NCBI GenBank assembly: GCA_025558095.1
Contig: JAIVFI010000027.1
Location: forward strand, 310,001 to 374,000
Direction of reading: 5' to 3'
Source: Hyaloraphidium curvatum SAG 235-1
Lineage: Eukaryota > Fungi > Monoblepharomycota
Length of the DNA: 64,000 nt
Part shown: positions 47,154-58,977 of the stretch, in pieces
Numbering within the stretch: the stretch's first letter is position 1
How the letters are laid out: every line of letters starts with the position of its first letter
Translations under genes and position numbers: made by a program
Notes under the pieces: generated by a model
Database searches by the model: none
What the model saw: only the letters and a program-made list of their open reading frames with translations
What the model was told of the DNA's origin: nothing

Positions 47154-47255
47154 TCGTCAGTGGTATAAAGGTCAGAATAGCAGCCTTCCAAACCCTTATT
47201 GCGTAAAGCATAAGCGAGTTAGCTGTTGATCCGGGTTCGATTCCCGGCTGACGCA
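47154..47255 (+). tRNA. tRNA-Gly(TCC) with 30-nt intron (47191-47220); position 1 is T opposite C72
   Basis: tcgtcagtggtataaaggtcagaatagcagcctTCCa[intron]agctgttgatccgggttcgattcccggctgacgca. Confidence 0.88.
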
Positions 47256-48897
47256 GGTGACATTTTGCTCCATCCGACCCCCAGCCGTCTCTCTCTTGCT
47301 GCCGGGTGTCGTGGGCGCGGTTTGGGGGCAGTTTCGTGGGTGTAGCGGGCTCCAGGCCGCTCTGGGGACCGTGAGGGGCGTAGATCAGACGGGTCAGAGC
47401 CAAAAACGACAGCTGCGCACTTACTTTCAACAGTTTTTTTTTCCGATCTGTCGCCTTTAGCGATGTGAAGAGGTGGGGCGGCCGACCGTCGGCAAGCCGC
47501 TGGCGTCGCTTGCCTGCGTGCGCCGGCGGCTGGAGACCAACCGCGAAACCGCTCGGGCCTGCTCTTCCGCCAGCGCGTCGCCTCCTTTCTTCCTCATTTC
47601 GGACCTGGCGCTAATTTGCTGGCTGCCCGGGACCGAGCTGTGCCCGCAGCCGCGCACCTGGACGCGGAGGGTGCTGCGTCCGCGGGTGGTGTCTCCCGCC
47701 TGGCATGGGGCTGATGAAGCCGGCTAGGCGCACCGGCGAGGTGTCCATTTTGACCTGTTTTGCCTGCCCCTTCGCCGTACCGTTTCGCGCTCGGCGCCTG
47801 AGAAGCTCCATTCGGCCACCACACCTCTGAAGTTCACCGGCGTCGGCAGGCTTTGGGACTCCTTCTTCGCCGGCATGCCGAGCACCGAGCATTCTGATTT
47901 TGCGCAGGACTCTGGCAGCCGGCTTCGTTGGAAAGCTGGCCCCCGCGGACGGCGTCCCGTGCCCAGGGAACGCCAGGACGCCCCGTCCCATCGAGAGGAT
48001 CGGCATGACGGCGATTGGCGTGGTGGTTGCCTCGAACGATATGCTCAAGTTTGCCTTTTGAAGCTTCGTAGTTTGGAAACGAGTTCAGGAAGGTTTCGTC
48101 GGTACCGGAAAGATGGACATCGACTGAACGCCACCGGCACTGCTGTCCGGCGGTCAAATCAAAGATCGGAAACTATGAGGACTTTGGATGTTTCGATGTG
48201 TTTCGCTCCACCCGCATTGGAATGTTCTGGGCGTGACCCGAGAGACCCGGAGAGACCTGGGGACGTGGCGGAGGAGCCATTCGGACCTTTTGGCCCTAAT
48301 CTGCCTGACGGGTGCTTTTGAGCGTAAGGTGCACATTCTACTTGTTGAACGTTTCTTGGTGGCGGGGCGTGGGAGCCACGAGTCGGTGCTGGACGGGGTC
48401 TCGGGGCATAAGGGTTCGCCGTCGCCGATGCCGCCTGGGCAAGTGTGCCGACGCTCTGGACTTGTTCCTTCTATCATGCCGCGAGCTATGTGACCAACAT
48501 CCGCTGATTTGAGTGAAGATTGGCGGCTCCGCCAACCTTTTGGCATCCGATCAAACTCCCGGCCTTTTCCGACACGTCGACGCCGACGGGATGTGCCGTC
48601 CCTCAGCTACTTCAATCCTAGTCGTTAATTCTGATCTATTCTTTGCGCCTTTCTTTGGTTATTGTGGCCATGTCGCTGATGAACGACCGGTCGCTGGTGG
48701 GGTTTGTCGTACAGCTGAGCTAGCCCGTCGGAGCCCATCGACCACCTCGTGCGATAGAGCGTCAAAGCCTTCTATCCAGTAGTTTGCCGTTCTTGCGGTC
48801 AATTTTGTTGTGCCGATCACACCAGCGCGTGGACGGACGGCAGGGGACCGACGCCCCATTTTTCTTTCCCCGAATTCTGGAGCCAATCGCGGGCACG

Positions 48898-51650
48898 ATG
48901 GCGTCCAATCCGTTCGACGACCCTCGTTTGAGGCCTCTCATTCTGAAGTACGAGAAGGAGAGAGGTTTTCGGACCGGCATTTTCCGCGAGGCGTTCGAAA
49001 TCGCCGTCTCGCATTGCGGTCTGCGCGTCAACTTCGGATCCACGCCTCCAGAGATCGTCATCGAGGGTGTCTTTGAACCGGAAAAAGGCGATGATTGTCT
49101 GGACTACACACGCGTGTTCGACAAGAGCCTCTACGATTTGGATCCGGAGACGAAGATCTTGCGCCTCAGGGGCGCGTACTACTTCGGCGACACGATGCAG
49201 GACATGGAGGGCCGAGACAAGTCGAAACAGGACTATCTGGAAGAGGCGATCGAGAAGGGTACGCTCGCCGTGATGGTTTCGATCGCGCCCCTGACTTTTC
49301 CGACCCGAAGCCGGCGACAACTACAAGGTCTTCGCCAGGCAGAACCGCGACCGCCGCCAAAGATCGATGATCGAGATCGCGGAAATCGCTCTCGGAAAGA
49401 TCCTCCATTCCGATTGCCCGTATCCGATTCTCAACAAGTCCTGCTTCGGGGTGCTGTGGCACGAGCAGCTACGCGAGTGGGAGCATGAAGGCGTGGAGCT
49501 CGACCTCGTCCTCGACCTTGGAACGGCGCCCCCGCTGTACATGGCAAAGAAGGAGGTTCTCGAGTACGCGGATCTGGCATCCGTGGCGCACATGTCGAAT
49601 TCGGCCGCCATCCAAGTGTCGAAGTGGAACACGTCGTTTGCTGATTTCTTCTTCGACCTTGACTCGGCGCACTTCAAGACGCAGGCCGGCAAGATGTCCC
49701 GCGCGGAGCTTCTCGCCCGAGAAAAGCTGGTCAAGGACTTCGCGATCGCGGAAAGGAAGCGAATCCTGGTGTTCGCCGGCGATCACGGCCCGCTCTCGAT
49801 AATCACCAAGCCTCCCGTCTTCCTCGACTCGCTTCACTTGGCCTACGTGATCCGGCTGAGCAATGAAGTGTTCGGCCTCGGCGTGACGCGCTACGACTTT
49901 GGGAGCTTCGGGCACCACAATGACGAGGTCAAGATCGCCCTCAACTCGCTCCACGATCTCAAGAAGACCTCGCTTGTGGCCGCCAAAGAGTACCTCAAGA
50001 GCCTACCCGCCGAGAAGCTGGACCTCAAGGAGACATACGTGCACGTGGTCGACAAGGTCCTGGCCCGTTTCGCCCCCGAGCTCAAGGCCCGCGCCGAGGC
50101 GGTCAACGCGGCCATGGCGAAAGAGAGGGCCCGGGCGGAAAAGAAGAAAGGTAGTTCCATCGCCAGTTTCGTTGGCTCAATTTCGTCGTCTTGCTTTCCA
50201 GGTGTCGTACGGGGGCCTCCAAACGAGCGGGTGGAGCCCGTGTATCGCGCCGAACTCAGCTCGGGCCTCGCGCCCGAAGTCGTCGCGAAGATCAAGGAAC
50301 TCGACAGCCGAGGAGTGCTCAAGGTCGGCGAGAACGCCCCGGACAGCGGCGCTTCGGGCGCAGCTGCAGAGGCCATCGCGACGCCGTCCGCCGATCCCCG
50401 TCGCGACGTCGACTCCGAGATGGCTGACGTCCACAGCGCGAGCATCGCAGAAAGCTCGACGTGCGGTGCCGAAAAGTGAGCCGAACGATCCATTTACCTT
50501 CAGTGGCGGAAACTGACTGCCCATGCTGCGTGCCCAAGAATCCGCAGCCGGCCCGTCAAGCTGTCACGGCAAAGACCGGCGTCAAGATCTTCCCGCTTGT
50601 CGAAGAGGAGATTGCGCGTCAGACCGAAATCAAGGCAGTGGCGGACAAGGGCTTCGCCACCTTCCTGGACCGCAAGCTCGCCGCCTCGACTCCCCACTAC
50701 AACGCCCTCACCGATGCCGAACGTGATGGGCTGCGCTTGAGCCTTGCCAAGAAGGAGATGTCGGACCTCGAGAGGTACAAGATCGTGAAGCACTACGTCG
50801 CGGGCACGATCACGACGGAGCAATTGCTCACCATGTCCGACAAGAAGCTCATCCAGATCGCCCGGCACTCCTCGTACGTTGCGATCAGCAAGAAGGGGTA
50901 TTTCCGAGCGCAGAGACGACATGGTTCATCTGCTGCGGGTTCGACGCAACCAAGGAGACGGTTTGGGACGTATCCAAAATCTTCTCGGGGAGCCACGTCA
51001 AACATTACGTGCACACGGATTGACTCTGCTTGGTCATGGACTACTTCCTGAATGAGCTCGAGGGCGAAGGAGCGGAAAAGTCCATGAAACTCCTGCTCGG
51101 CTACGATGCCATCGTCTCGCCCGACATGACTCGCGAGCTGGGGGAACTGCTGGCGGACACCAACGTGTGGCAACGCTGCACGCGCTTCCTCTTCGATGGC
51201 AACGTGCTGCCGTTGGTGGTGAACCAGCGTCAGCTGGAGGCGCTCGTCGCCCGCGAGGTGATCCGCACGCCGGAAGATGTGCACTCGGCCGCGATAGCCC
51301 AGATTGTGGGTCTGGAGGTACTGCAGGCGAAGGCCAACTACACCAAGCTTGGTCGCGACACGAAAGGCAAGAACGATGAGGAGGCGGAGCGGACCAAACG
51401 AAACGCGGCGATGGGCATCTCGTTCGCGCAGACTATTCCGAACCGGATCCGCAAGTACGCAGAGGTCTTTTTCGGCATTCAGAGCGTGCAGAGCAAGCGG
51501 AAGCCCACGGCGGTGGAGAGGAACAAGAGTGGGAACTCGTCCGACCTCAATATGTACTGCTTCTTCGAGGTCGGTGAGGATCCCGGCTTTGAGGACATCG
51601 GCGCTTTCGAGGCCGTGGAGGTCCTTGACTACGACCGGCTGGCGATGTAA
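48898..51650 (+). CDS. Large multi-exon protein of unknown function, probably damaged near 50900-51030; weak resemblance to the C-terminal part of large-DNA-virus origin-binding proteins
   Basis: Introns ~49259-49310, ~50151-50201, ~50461-50503. LSLAKKEMSDLERYKIVKHY; IRKYAEVFFGIQSVQSKRK...NMY. Frame break before 51030. Confidence 0.45.
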
Positions 51651-52762
51651 CGTAACTTGACTGATGCCATTTGTCCGTCGTCAAGAAGTGCAGCTTGACA
51701 AGAATCCGCAGAACATAGTCTGGGAAGGGTCCCGAGACGCCCGCAGATTGAGCGTCCCCGAACTGGATCCAACAGGAGCACAAAAGCCATCCAATCCACT
51801 TGCAGTTTGACAAGGTCCCAAATATAGCCCAGTTGTCCGAAAGAACCGGGAGCGAAAATCGGACCCGTGGCCCGTGGCCCGGCCGCCGTTGAAGTCGTTG
51901 AGCCACAACCGCCCGAAAGGCGCTGGCTTCAAACAGTGCTTATCATGGTTCGGAGAAAAGCGTAGTTCCTCCGAGGCGTTACGACGTGGTGTAGGAGCGA
52001 GCGGAGTTCTCGGTTGTTTGCTTGCTTTCCCGCCTCACTCGGGCCGCCGCCTCCCGCCTCCATCCGACTCCTAGCGCACATTAACCTGATCCGCGGGGCT
52101 CGCAACGTATCTCCCTCCGAGGCCCAGGTGTCTTTCTTTTGCTCCCCTGATGCTGTGGGGCCGGTTTGGGGGCTCTGGCCCCGGTGTGCCGAGAGGCACT
52201 CTGGGACGTTCGGGGGAGCCTGAGGTCGGCGCCAAGGTCCCAAACCGACAGCATCAAAGCTACGAGCGACAAATAATATAGTTTGCTGCGTTCGATCTGT
52301 CGTTTGGGACGTTTGAGCAAGGACCGGAATGAGCGAACCTTGCCGGCGCCGGCGCGGGCGTCCGCCGGCGGGCTGGAGGACGGACGACCTCCAAATCCTC
52401 GGGCGTCGGCACTTCTGCCGGTCTCGCCTCCTTTCTCCGTCATTCGGACGTGCCGCTGATTCGGTGCCAGTTGGACCGGCTGCCCCCGCGCCTGGACGTG
52501 GCGTGTCGCCTTCGCGCGATGTCTCCCGGGGCCAATGCCGACGACACCGGCCGGGCATTTCCGTCGGCACCCGCATAGTCCTTTCTCGTCGGGCATTTTG
52601 CTTCTGGTGGGGCTCCTTTTGATCGTGGTTGATGGCGCGAGCAAGGCGGCGGGCGCCCACAGGGCCCCACGATAAACTAATCCGCGGGGCTCGCAACCTA
52701 TCGAAAACAGGCATGTGGTTTGCTTCAGTGGCGATAAGCCTACAGTCAGACATCCTAGCCCG

Positions 52763-54103
52763 TCAAGGCCTCAATACGGCAAGGACCTCCTCCGCCGCCC
52801 TGGTCCCGCTGTCCAGGGCCCCGTGCACGGTCTGCGGATTGCTGTGCCAGGCGGTCGCCTCGCCGGCGAAGAACAGCTTGCCCTCCACGGGCTCCGCCAG
52901 CGCCTCCCGTGCCCACGCCGCCCCGGTCGGCACGTAAGCGTAACCCCCGAGAGCAAGCTCGTCCGCTGCCCACGACACCCTGCGCGCATCCACCAGCGCC
53001 GCCTGCAACTCCTTCAATGGCCGCCCCAGAAGTCCAGCCAGCTGCGCGAGGCCCAGCGCCAGCGCCTCCTCCTCGGGCATGCGGTCCAGCTCCGCTGCCC
53101 GCCGCGCCGTCGCGTAGCAGCTGATGGCGTACGGGGGTTTGTCGGGCCGGCCTTCGCCGGGGGTCCACCACCGCGCCGTGAGCGCGTCCTGGCACAGGTA
53201 GGTCATGTCCGGGTCCCAGAACCGGGATCGGAAGCGGTAGATGAGCTTGGTCGCGGCCTCGGTGCGGAATGCGCCGATGGCCTCGCGCTTCCGGTCCGGC
53301 AGCGCGGGGTCGAAGGCGATCGGGCCGCCGTCGCGCAGGAGGGGCACGGGGGCAGTGACGACGATGGTCTTTGCCTGCAGGACCGTGCCGTCGGCGAGCA
53401 CGGCCTCTGGCGATCCTGCCCAGTGCACCGCCGCAACCCGCGCATTGAGCCGCGCGTCGAGGCCCCGCGCATACCATTCCCAGAGGGCCGAGTAGCCCTG
53501 CTCGAGCCGGAACTCGCGGCTGCCCGATTGGTCAGTCGCCAACTCCCGCGCGAGGTCCGCGGCGCTCAGCTCCTCCAGGGGCGCGCAGCAGGTCTGTGCG
53601 AGGAGCACGTCGGCCATGCGGCGCAGGCCGTTGTCGAAGCCTGCCTCCGGCGCCTCCCGCTCGAGATACTCGCCCAGCGACACGTCGGGGTTGGGGCCGG
53701 GCGGGAAGGTGCCCTCGAGGCGCCGCTTTGCCGCGGCCACGGCGTCCCAGCGTGCTTTGAGGTGCGGCGGGAGGTCGGCCAGCCGCCGCAGCGGCCGATC
53801 GCGGTCGGCGTCCGAAGCGCGCAGTCCCGCGGGGACGAGCCAACGCTGGTTCCGCGCCCGCTCGGCCGCGATCGCGCGCATCCCGGCGGCGCGCAGCAGC
53901 GCGTGCGTCGACGCGTTCTCGCCGTGGATGAACTCGCCGCCGAGCTCGAGCACGGTGCCCGCCGCGGCGTCGCGCTCCGTGTGCGTGCGCCCGCCCAGCC
54001 GGTCTCGCGCCTCGGCGACGGCGACCCGCAGCCCCGCATCGTGCAGCGTGCGCGCCGCCGCGAGCCCCGCCGCGCCGGCGCCGATCACCAGGCAGTCCAG
54101 CAT
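52763..54103 (-). CDS. Flavin-dependent amine oxidase, intronless
   Basis: VIGAGAAGLAAA, EARDRLGGR, ELGGEFIHG, LFFAGEAT...TVHGALDSGTRAA. Confidence 0.92.
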   Translation of the reverse strand: MLDCLVIGAGAAGLAAARTLHDAGLRVAVAEARDRLGGRTHTERDAAAGTVLELGGEFIHGENASTHALLRAAGMRAIAAERARNQRWLVPAGLRASDADRDRPLRRLADLPPHLKARWDAVAAAKRRLEGTFPPGPNPDVSLGEYLEREAPEAGFDNGLRRMADVLLAQTCCAPLEELSAADLARELATDQSGSREFRLEQGYSALWEWYARGLDARLNARVAAVHWAGSPEAVLADGTVLQAKTIVVTAPVPLLRDGGPIAFDPALPDRKREAIGAFRTEAATKLIYRFRSRFWDPDMTYLCQDALTARWWTPGEGRPDKPPYAISCYATARRAAELDRMPEEEALALGLAQLAGLLGRPLKELQAALVDARRVSWAADELALGGYAYVPTGAAWAREALAEPVEGKLFFAGEATAWHSNPQTVHGALDSGTRAAEEVLAVLRP

Positions 54104-54720
54104 TGGCGGAGGCTCGGACTGTAAGCGACGCAATGCCGCCCTCGGACGTTGCTCCGCTCCGCAATCTCGCTGCCTCAAGAGACCCCCCTTTGGCACAGGA
54201 AGAATCCATCAACTGGGGCGTCGAAATACATTGCAGACCAGGCTGCCTGCTTCCGGCGCTGCTTTCGGCTCGTACCGTTCGCTGGAGACGCCGCCACGTG
54301 GCCTCGATGGTGCAAGCGGCTTCTTCACCTCCACCCCAATGCCGCGGAGGGTGCGATGAATTCTGTCCCCGTCTGCTATTTCCTAGCTGAAGCTCATCCG
54401 CACGGATCCGGTTGCTCGCAAGGCCTATTCCGACTTGCCACCACGCCGCCGGATCATCGGTTTAGGCCCCGTCCGGAGCGGCCCCAAAGCGCGGCTGGTG
54501 AATCAGTCAAGCCCGCGCAGATCCGAGCACCCCAAATCACTCTCACGCGGGCGACAGGCCGGGAGACCACCTGAATCGCGTCCAGCTCGCCGCAGACAGC
54601 CTTCCGCACCGACTCGCGCGCTTTCCGGGCGTGCATCGCGTGAACGCCGACCGCAATCGCGCCCGCGCTCCCGCCACCCGCGCTCGGATCACCCCCCGGC
54701 TCGGACCTTGCGCCGGCACC

Positions 54721-56249
54721 ATGCAGGACTCGAACGTCTCGTGCGGCTTCGAAGCCCCCCCGCACACGTCCTCCCGCCTCCCCATGCCCCCGGTAAGCCC
54801 GTCCGCCGAGCAGGGGCCCCGGCGGTTGCCCCAATCTCTCGGCCCGCTGACCCCAAACCCCCCAGTCCTCGCTGCTGACCCCGGGCGGGTTCGCGGCCGC
54901 CCTCGGGGTCCTCTTCCTCGGCATCGTCGCCAGCATCTGCACGTTCAGGCTCGTCAAGGCCGCCGGCGAGCTGATCTGGCGCTTCACCTTCAAGAAACCC
55001 ACGGACTTTGCCCGCTTCGGCGCGCGCTCCGGCAGAGCATGGGGTGGGCAAGACCCCCGCGGCGAACGTCTTACGGCTTCCTGACTCATCTTGCGCCGCA
55101 GCCATCGTCACGGGGAGCTCCGACGGCATCGGTCGCGAGTTCGCGGTGCAGCTCGCGCAGAAGAAGCTCAACGTCGTGCTCGCCGCCCGCCGCAAGGACA
55201 AGCTGGAGCAGGTGGCGCAGGAGTGCAGGGACGCCGGCGTCAAGACCCAGGTGGTCGTGTGCGACTTTTCGGACCTCGCGAGGTGCGTTGCGTGCATGCC
55301 CTACTTCCGCTCGGCACCGACTGATCTCGCGCGCTACAGCTCCGGTTGGGATGAGCTGTCCAAGGTCATCGCCTCCATTCACGCCCAGGGCGACAAGGTC
55401 ACCGTGCTTGTCAACAACGCCGGGTACGACGCCAAATGCACGCCGGCACATGCATCCGATTGAAGTGTACACCTTTACAGCGTCTCGTACGAGTTCCCCA
55501 TGCGCTACGACGAGCTTCCCGCCGACCGCGCGACCGCTATCATCGAGGTCAACGTCAAGGGTGAGCTGCCGTCCGCACGTGCATGCGCGATCGTGCGATC
55601 TGACCCTCCCTCCCCAGCCGTCATGAAGATGACCTCCCTCGTGACCCCCTACATGATCGAACGCGGCAACGGCCTCATCCTCAACCTCGGCTCGGTCGTC
55701 TCGCAGATCCCCAGCGCCTACCTCGCCGTCTACTCGGGCTCCAAGGCCTTCCTCAAGTACTGGTCCATGGCCATCGGGCAGGAGCTCAAGGAGACGGGCG
55801 TGCTTGTGGAGCACCTCAACACGTGGTTCGTGTCCACCGCCATGTCCAAGATCAGGAAGAGCACCTGGCAGGGTACGTCATTGCGTGGGTCGATGCGCTG
55901 ATGCATGCTCACCCCACCCCACCCCCATTTGCAGTCCCGAGTGCAAAGGACTACGTCAGCTACGCCCTCAGGCACGCCGGCTCGGGCTCGCTGTCCTGGA
56001 CTCCCTACCCTTCGCACGCCCTCTTTGCCTTCATCGTCGACAACGTGGTCACCAGGCACAAGGCCATGGATTGGTGTGTTGCCCTGCTCGCATTGCTTCT
56101 CTGTGGGAGCTGACGTGGGCGCCGCTTTCAGGTTCGGGGAGCAGCAACGCGGTGTGCGTGCGCTGGCGATGAAGAAGAAGCTTGAGAAGGAGAAGAAGGC
56201 CAAGGAGGCCGCGATTGCCGCGTCGGCGCCCATGACGGAAGCCAAGTGA
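54721..56249 (+). CDS. IFA38: Very-long-chain 3-oxoacyl-CoA reductase (KAR/HSD17B12-like)
   Basis: IVTGSSDGIGREFAVQLA, LVNNAG, GLILNLGS, YSGSKAF, VSTAMSKIRK. Multiple introns. Confidence 0.88.
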
Positions 56250-56471
56250 AGCCTGCCTTTTGGAGTCTTGTCCAAACGAGCATCTTGGGGTGGTTCGGGG
56301 GATTCGGAGGTGGACGGATCGATTGGACTATCAGAATCGTGTTTGCCGGCGTTCGGCCGCGGTTTGGAGGTGTGGTGGACTGGTCCCAGCATGTGATTCC
56401 CGCAGATCGTCGTTTCATTCTCTGTGTACGAGCATTCCCTAGACGTGAGATCCGTGCCTCCGAGCAACAAA

Positions 56472-57854
56472 TCACGCCTCGCAGAAAGTCCAAACCGTGG
56501 TCCTTCCTCCTTCCCTCGAAGCCACCACCTTCCTATGGTCGAAAGCGAGCGCCCGTATGCTCTCGGATCCGCAGGTCCCCGTCCAATTGCCGGCCTGCGC
56601 ATCGGCAAGCGTCACCGCGCTCGACCGCGGGAGCTCTGCATCGAGCCCGTCCTCCAGGCTCCACACCTTGACGGTGCCGTCCCGCGCGCCGCTGACCAGG
56701 CGGCCGGGGAGCAGCGAGCTGACCCGTACCGCGGTGGGCGACGAGGTGTGCCCGTACAGGCGTTCGGCCTCGTGTAGGTTGCGGAAGTCCGCGGAAGGTT
56801 CAAGAACGCGGATAGTGTTGTCCGCAAACGTGGCGATAAGGCGGACGCCGTCGTACCGCAGCGCCTGTATCGGAGCCGGGGCGGGAGAATCGGAGCTGCC
56901 CGTGGTGGAGCCGAGGAAAGCACCGGTGTGGGCGTCAAAGAGGAAGCGCTGCAGGCCAACGCACCACCGGCCGCCGGCCGAAGAGAGAGAGTAGACGACG
57001 GTCGCGGCGAGGGGCGCAGACTCTTCCGGGCCGGTGGGGCTGACGTGCACATCCACCGGGGCGCCGGCAAGACCGGATCTGAACGTAGCCAGCCTCCGCA
57101 AACTGCGGCCCTTGCCCTGCAGACGGAACACTGAGATGCCGAGAACGAAGCCGGCAGAATCAAGATCGGCAACATCCTGGCAGACGGCGAGCGTGTTTCC
57201 CCATAATGCTGCGGCCAGCAGCGTATCCCTGTCTGGAGAAAGCACGCCCTTGGCGACTTTGCGGAGGGCACCCGATCGGTCCAACTCAAAAAGGCGGTAT
57301 CGCGAGTCCGACAACCCCACGAAAACGCTGTGGGTGCCGTCGGCTCCAGCCTGGTCCATGGCCAAGCACGCCACCGTGCCGGAATCCTCCGCCGAAGGGG
57401 GCTGCGGAACCTCCATCCCGTCGGGGCCCCAAACGCGCAGCGCCGCGTTCTCGCTGGCCGTGAGCACGAAGTCCCCTGCCACAGCCGCTTCGACGACGGA
57501 ACCCGGCTCTGTAGCATCGCGTAGCGCCGAAACCCGGGCTCGTCCGGCGGCCCAGGCATCGAGGAGTCTGTAAACCGATCGCCACCCGGACAGCGGCGGC
57601 CGGGACGGCACAGAAAAGCGCCTCATCACAAGCCTCCGCCAGAGCAGCGCGTCGTGCGCCAGCGAGTGCCACGCGCGGCTGACGCCGGCGGTCGTGGCCA
57701 GGTCGCCGACGTCGAGGTGCGCGAAGATCGACAGGCTCAGCTCCCCCGGCAGGAACGAGGCAAAGTCGTAGCTCCCCGCGGCGAGGGCCTCGCGCACCCG
57801 CGCGACTGCCGCGGCGGTGCCGCGTCGCTTCGCCCTCCCGCGCCGGCGGTCCAT
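56472..57854 (-). CDS. F-box/WD40 protein, intronless
   Basis: LPGELSLSIFAHLD..DL....VSRAW; LYGHTS...LVSGARDGTVKVWSL. Confidence 0.85.
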   Translation of the reverse strand: MDRRRGRAKRRGTAAAVARVREALAAGSYDFASFLPGELSLSIFAHLDVGDLATTAGVSRAWHSLAHDALLWRRLVMRRFSVPSRPPLSGWRSVYRLLDAWAAGRARVSALRDATEPGSVVEAAVAGDFVLTASENAALRVWGPDGMEVPQPPSAEDSGTVACLAMDQAGADGTHSVFVGLSDSRYRLFELDRSGALRKVAKGVLSPDRDTLLAAALWGNTLAVCQDVADLDSAGFVLGISVFRLQGKGRSLRRLATFRSGLAGAPVDVHVSPTGPEESAPLAATVVYSLSSAGGRWCVGLQRFLFDAHTGAFLGSTTGSSDSPAPAPIQALRYDGVRLIATFADNTIRVLEPSADFRNLHEAERLYGHTSSPTAVRVSSLLPGRLVSGARDGTVKVWSLEDGLDAELPRSSAVTLADAQAGNWTGTCGSESIRALAFDHRKVVASREGGRTTVWTFCEA

Positions 57855-58045
57855 GGCGGCCCGTTCGGTGTCGGGATGGCTGGCCTCGGCTGCTTGAACC
57901 TTTAACGTCGAATTTTCGGCGTATCAAGCGTGATCAGACGGATCCGACTCGGTCAGCAGTCAATCAATCAACGCGGGAAATCGAGCCGCACGCAACGGCA
58001 CTGCAACCTCCGGCAGGGCCGAACCCCGTCCTCCGGCCCCGCAGC

Positions 58046-58739
58046 ATGCAGCGACTTGCGCGCGCGGCATCGCTGCCGCGGCAACACTCGTGCTTCGCGG
58101 CGCTGCCGCTCTTCGGCGCCGCGCCGCCCCGCCCGCGGCCCGCGCTCCTCCCCGCGACCGCGCTCGCGCTGCCCGCCGCCCGCGGCGTCAGCGGCCAGGC
58201 AACCGTGCGGAAGGGGACGTCGCCGCGGCTGGCGAGCAGGAAGGCCGTCATCTCGATCGTGCGTGGGCCCGTGCGAGACAGCGGATCTGGCCTCATCGGC
58301 TGCCGCCCACAGACCCCGACGGCCCTGGACCGCATCAGGAGCCTGCAGCAGAACGCCGAGTCGCCGCGCTTCCTCCGGATAGGCGTCAAGAACAAGGGGT
58401 GCTCGGGACTGGAGTACGCCCTCGACTACGTCGACAAGAAGGGCAAGTTCGACGAGGAGGTCAAGCAGGAAGGTGGGGACCCAGCTGCTGGCGTGTCGTT
58501 AGTGGCGTCGGGGGTCTCATTGCTGTTTTGGCAGACGTGACGATCCTGGTGGACTCCAAGGCCCTCTTCACCATCATCGGCTCGGAGATGGACTACGTCG
58601 AGGACAAGCTGAGCTCGCAGTTCGTCTTTACGAACCCAAACATCAAGGTCCGCGTTTCTATCGTCGCTGGCGTTCTTTCGTCTGACGCGATCGCTTGATC
58701 CAGGAAACGTGCGGGTGTGGGCAGAGCTTTGCGGTATAG
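58046..58739 (+). CDS. ISA1: Mitochondrial Fe-S cluster assembly protein, A-type
   Basis: LRIGVKNKGCSGLEY, GKFDEEV, IIGSEMDYVEDKLSSQFVFTNPNIK|ETCGCGQSF. Confidence 0.95.
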
Positions 58740-58977
58740 CCGGGCGAGCTCGCGGTCTGGCTGCAGGATGACTGCGGGGAGCAAGCGATTAGGGTCTCTG
58801 GAGCATGGTCTGGGAAAAAATGTTCTTGACTTGATGCGATCTCTGCTTGTCGGTCTAGCCGAGGGCCGTCGTCAGGTAATACCGAATCCCCGGCTCCCAG
58901 AACACTTCCAAATCCAACCCTTCCCGCGACGCATTGAGGCCCCGTTTGCGCTATTCCCGCCCTCTCTCCCATTCAAA

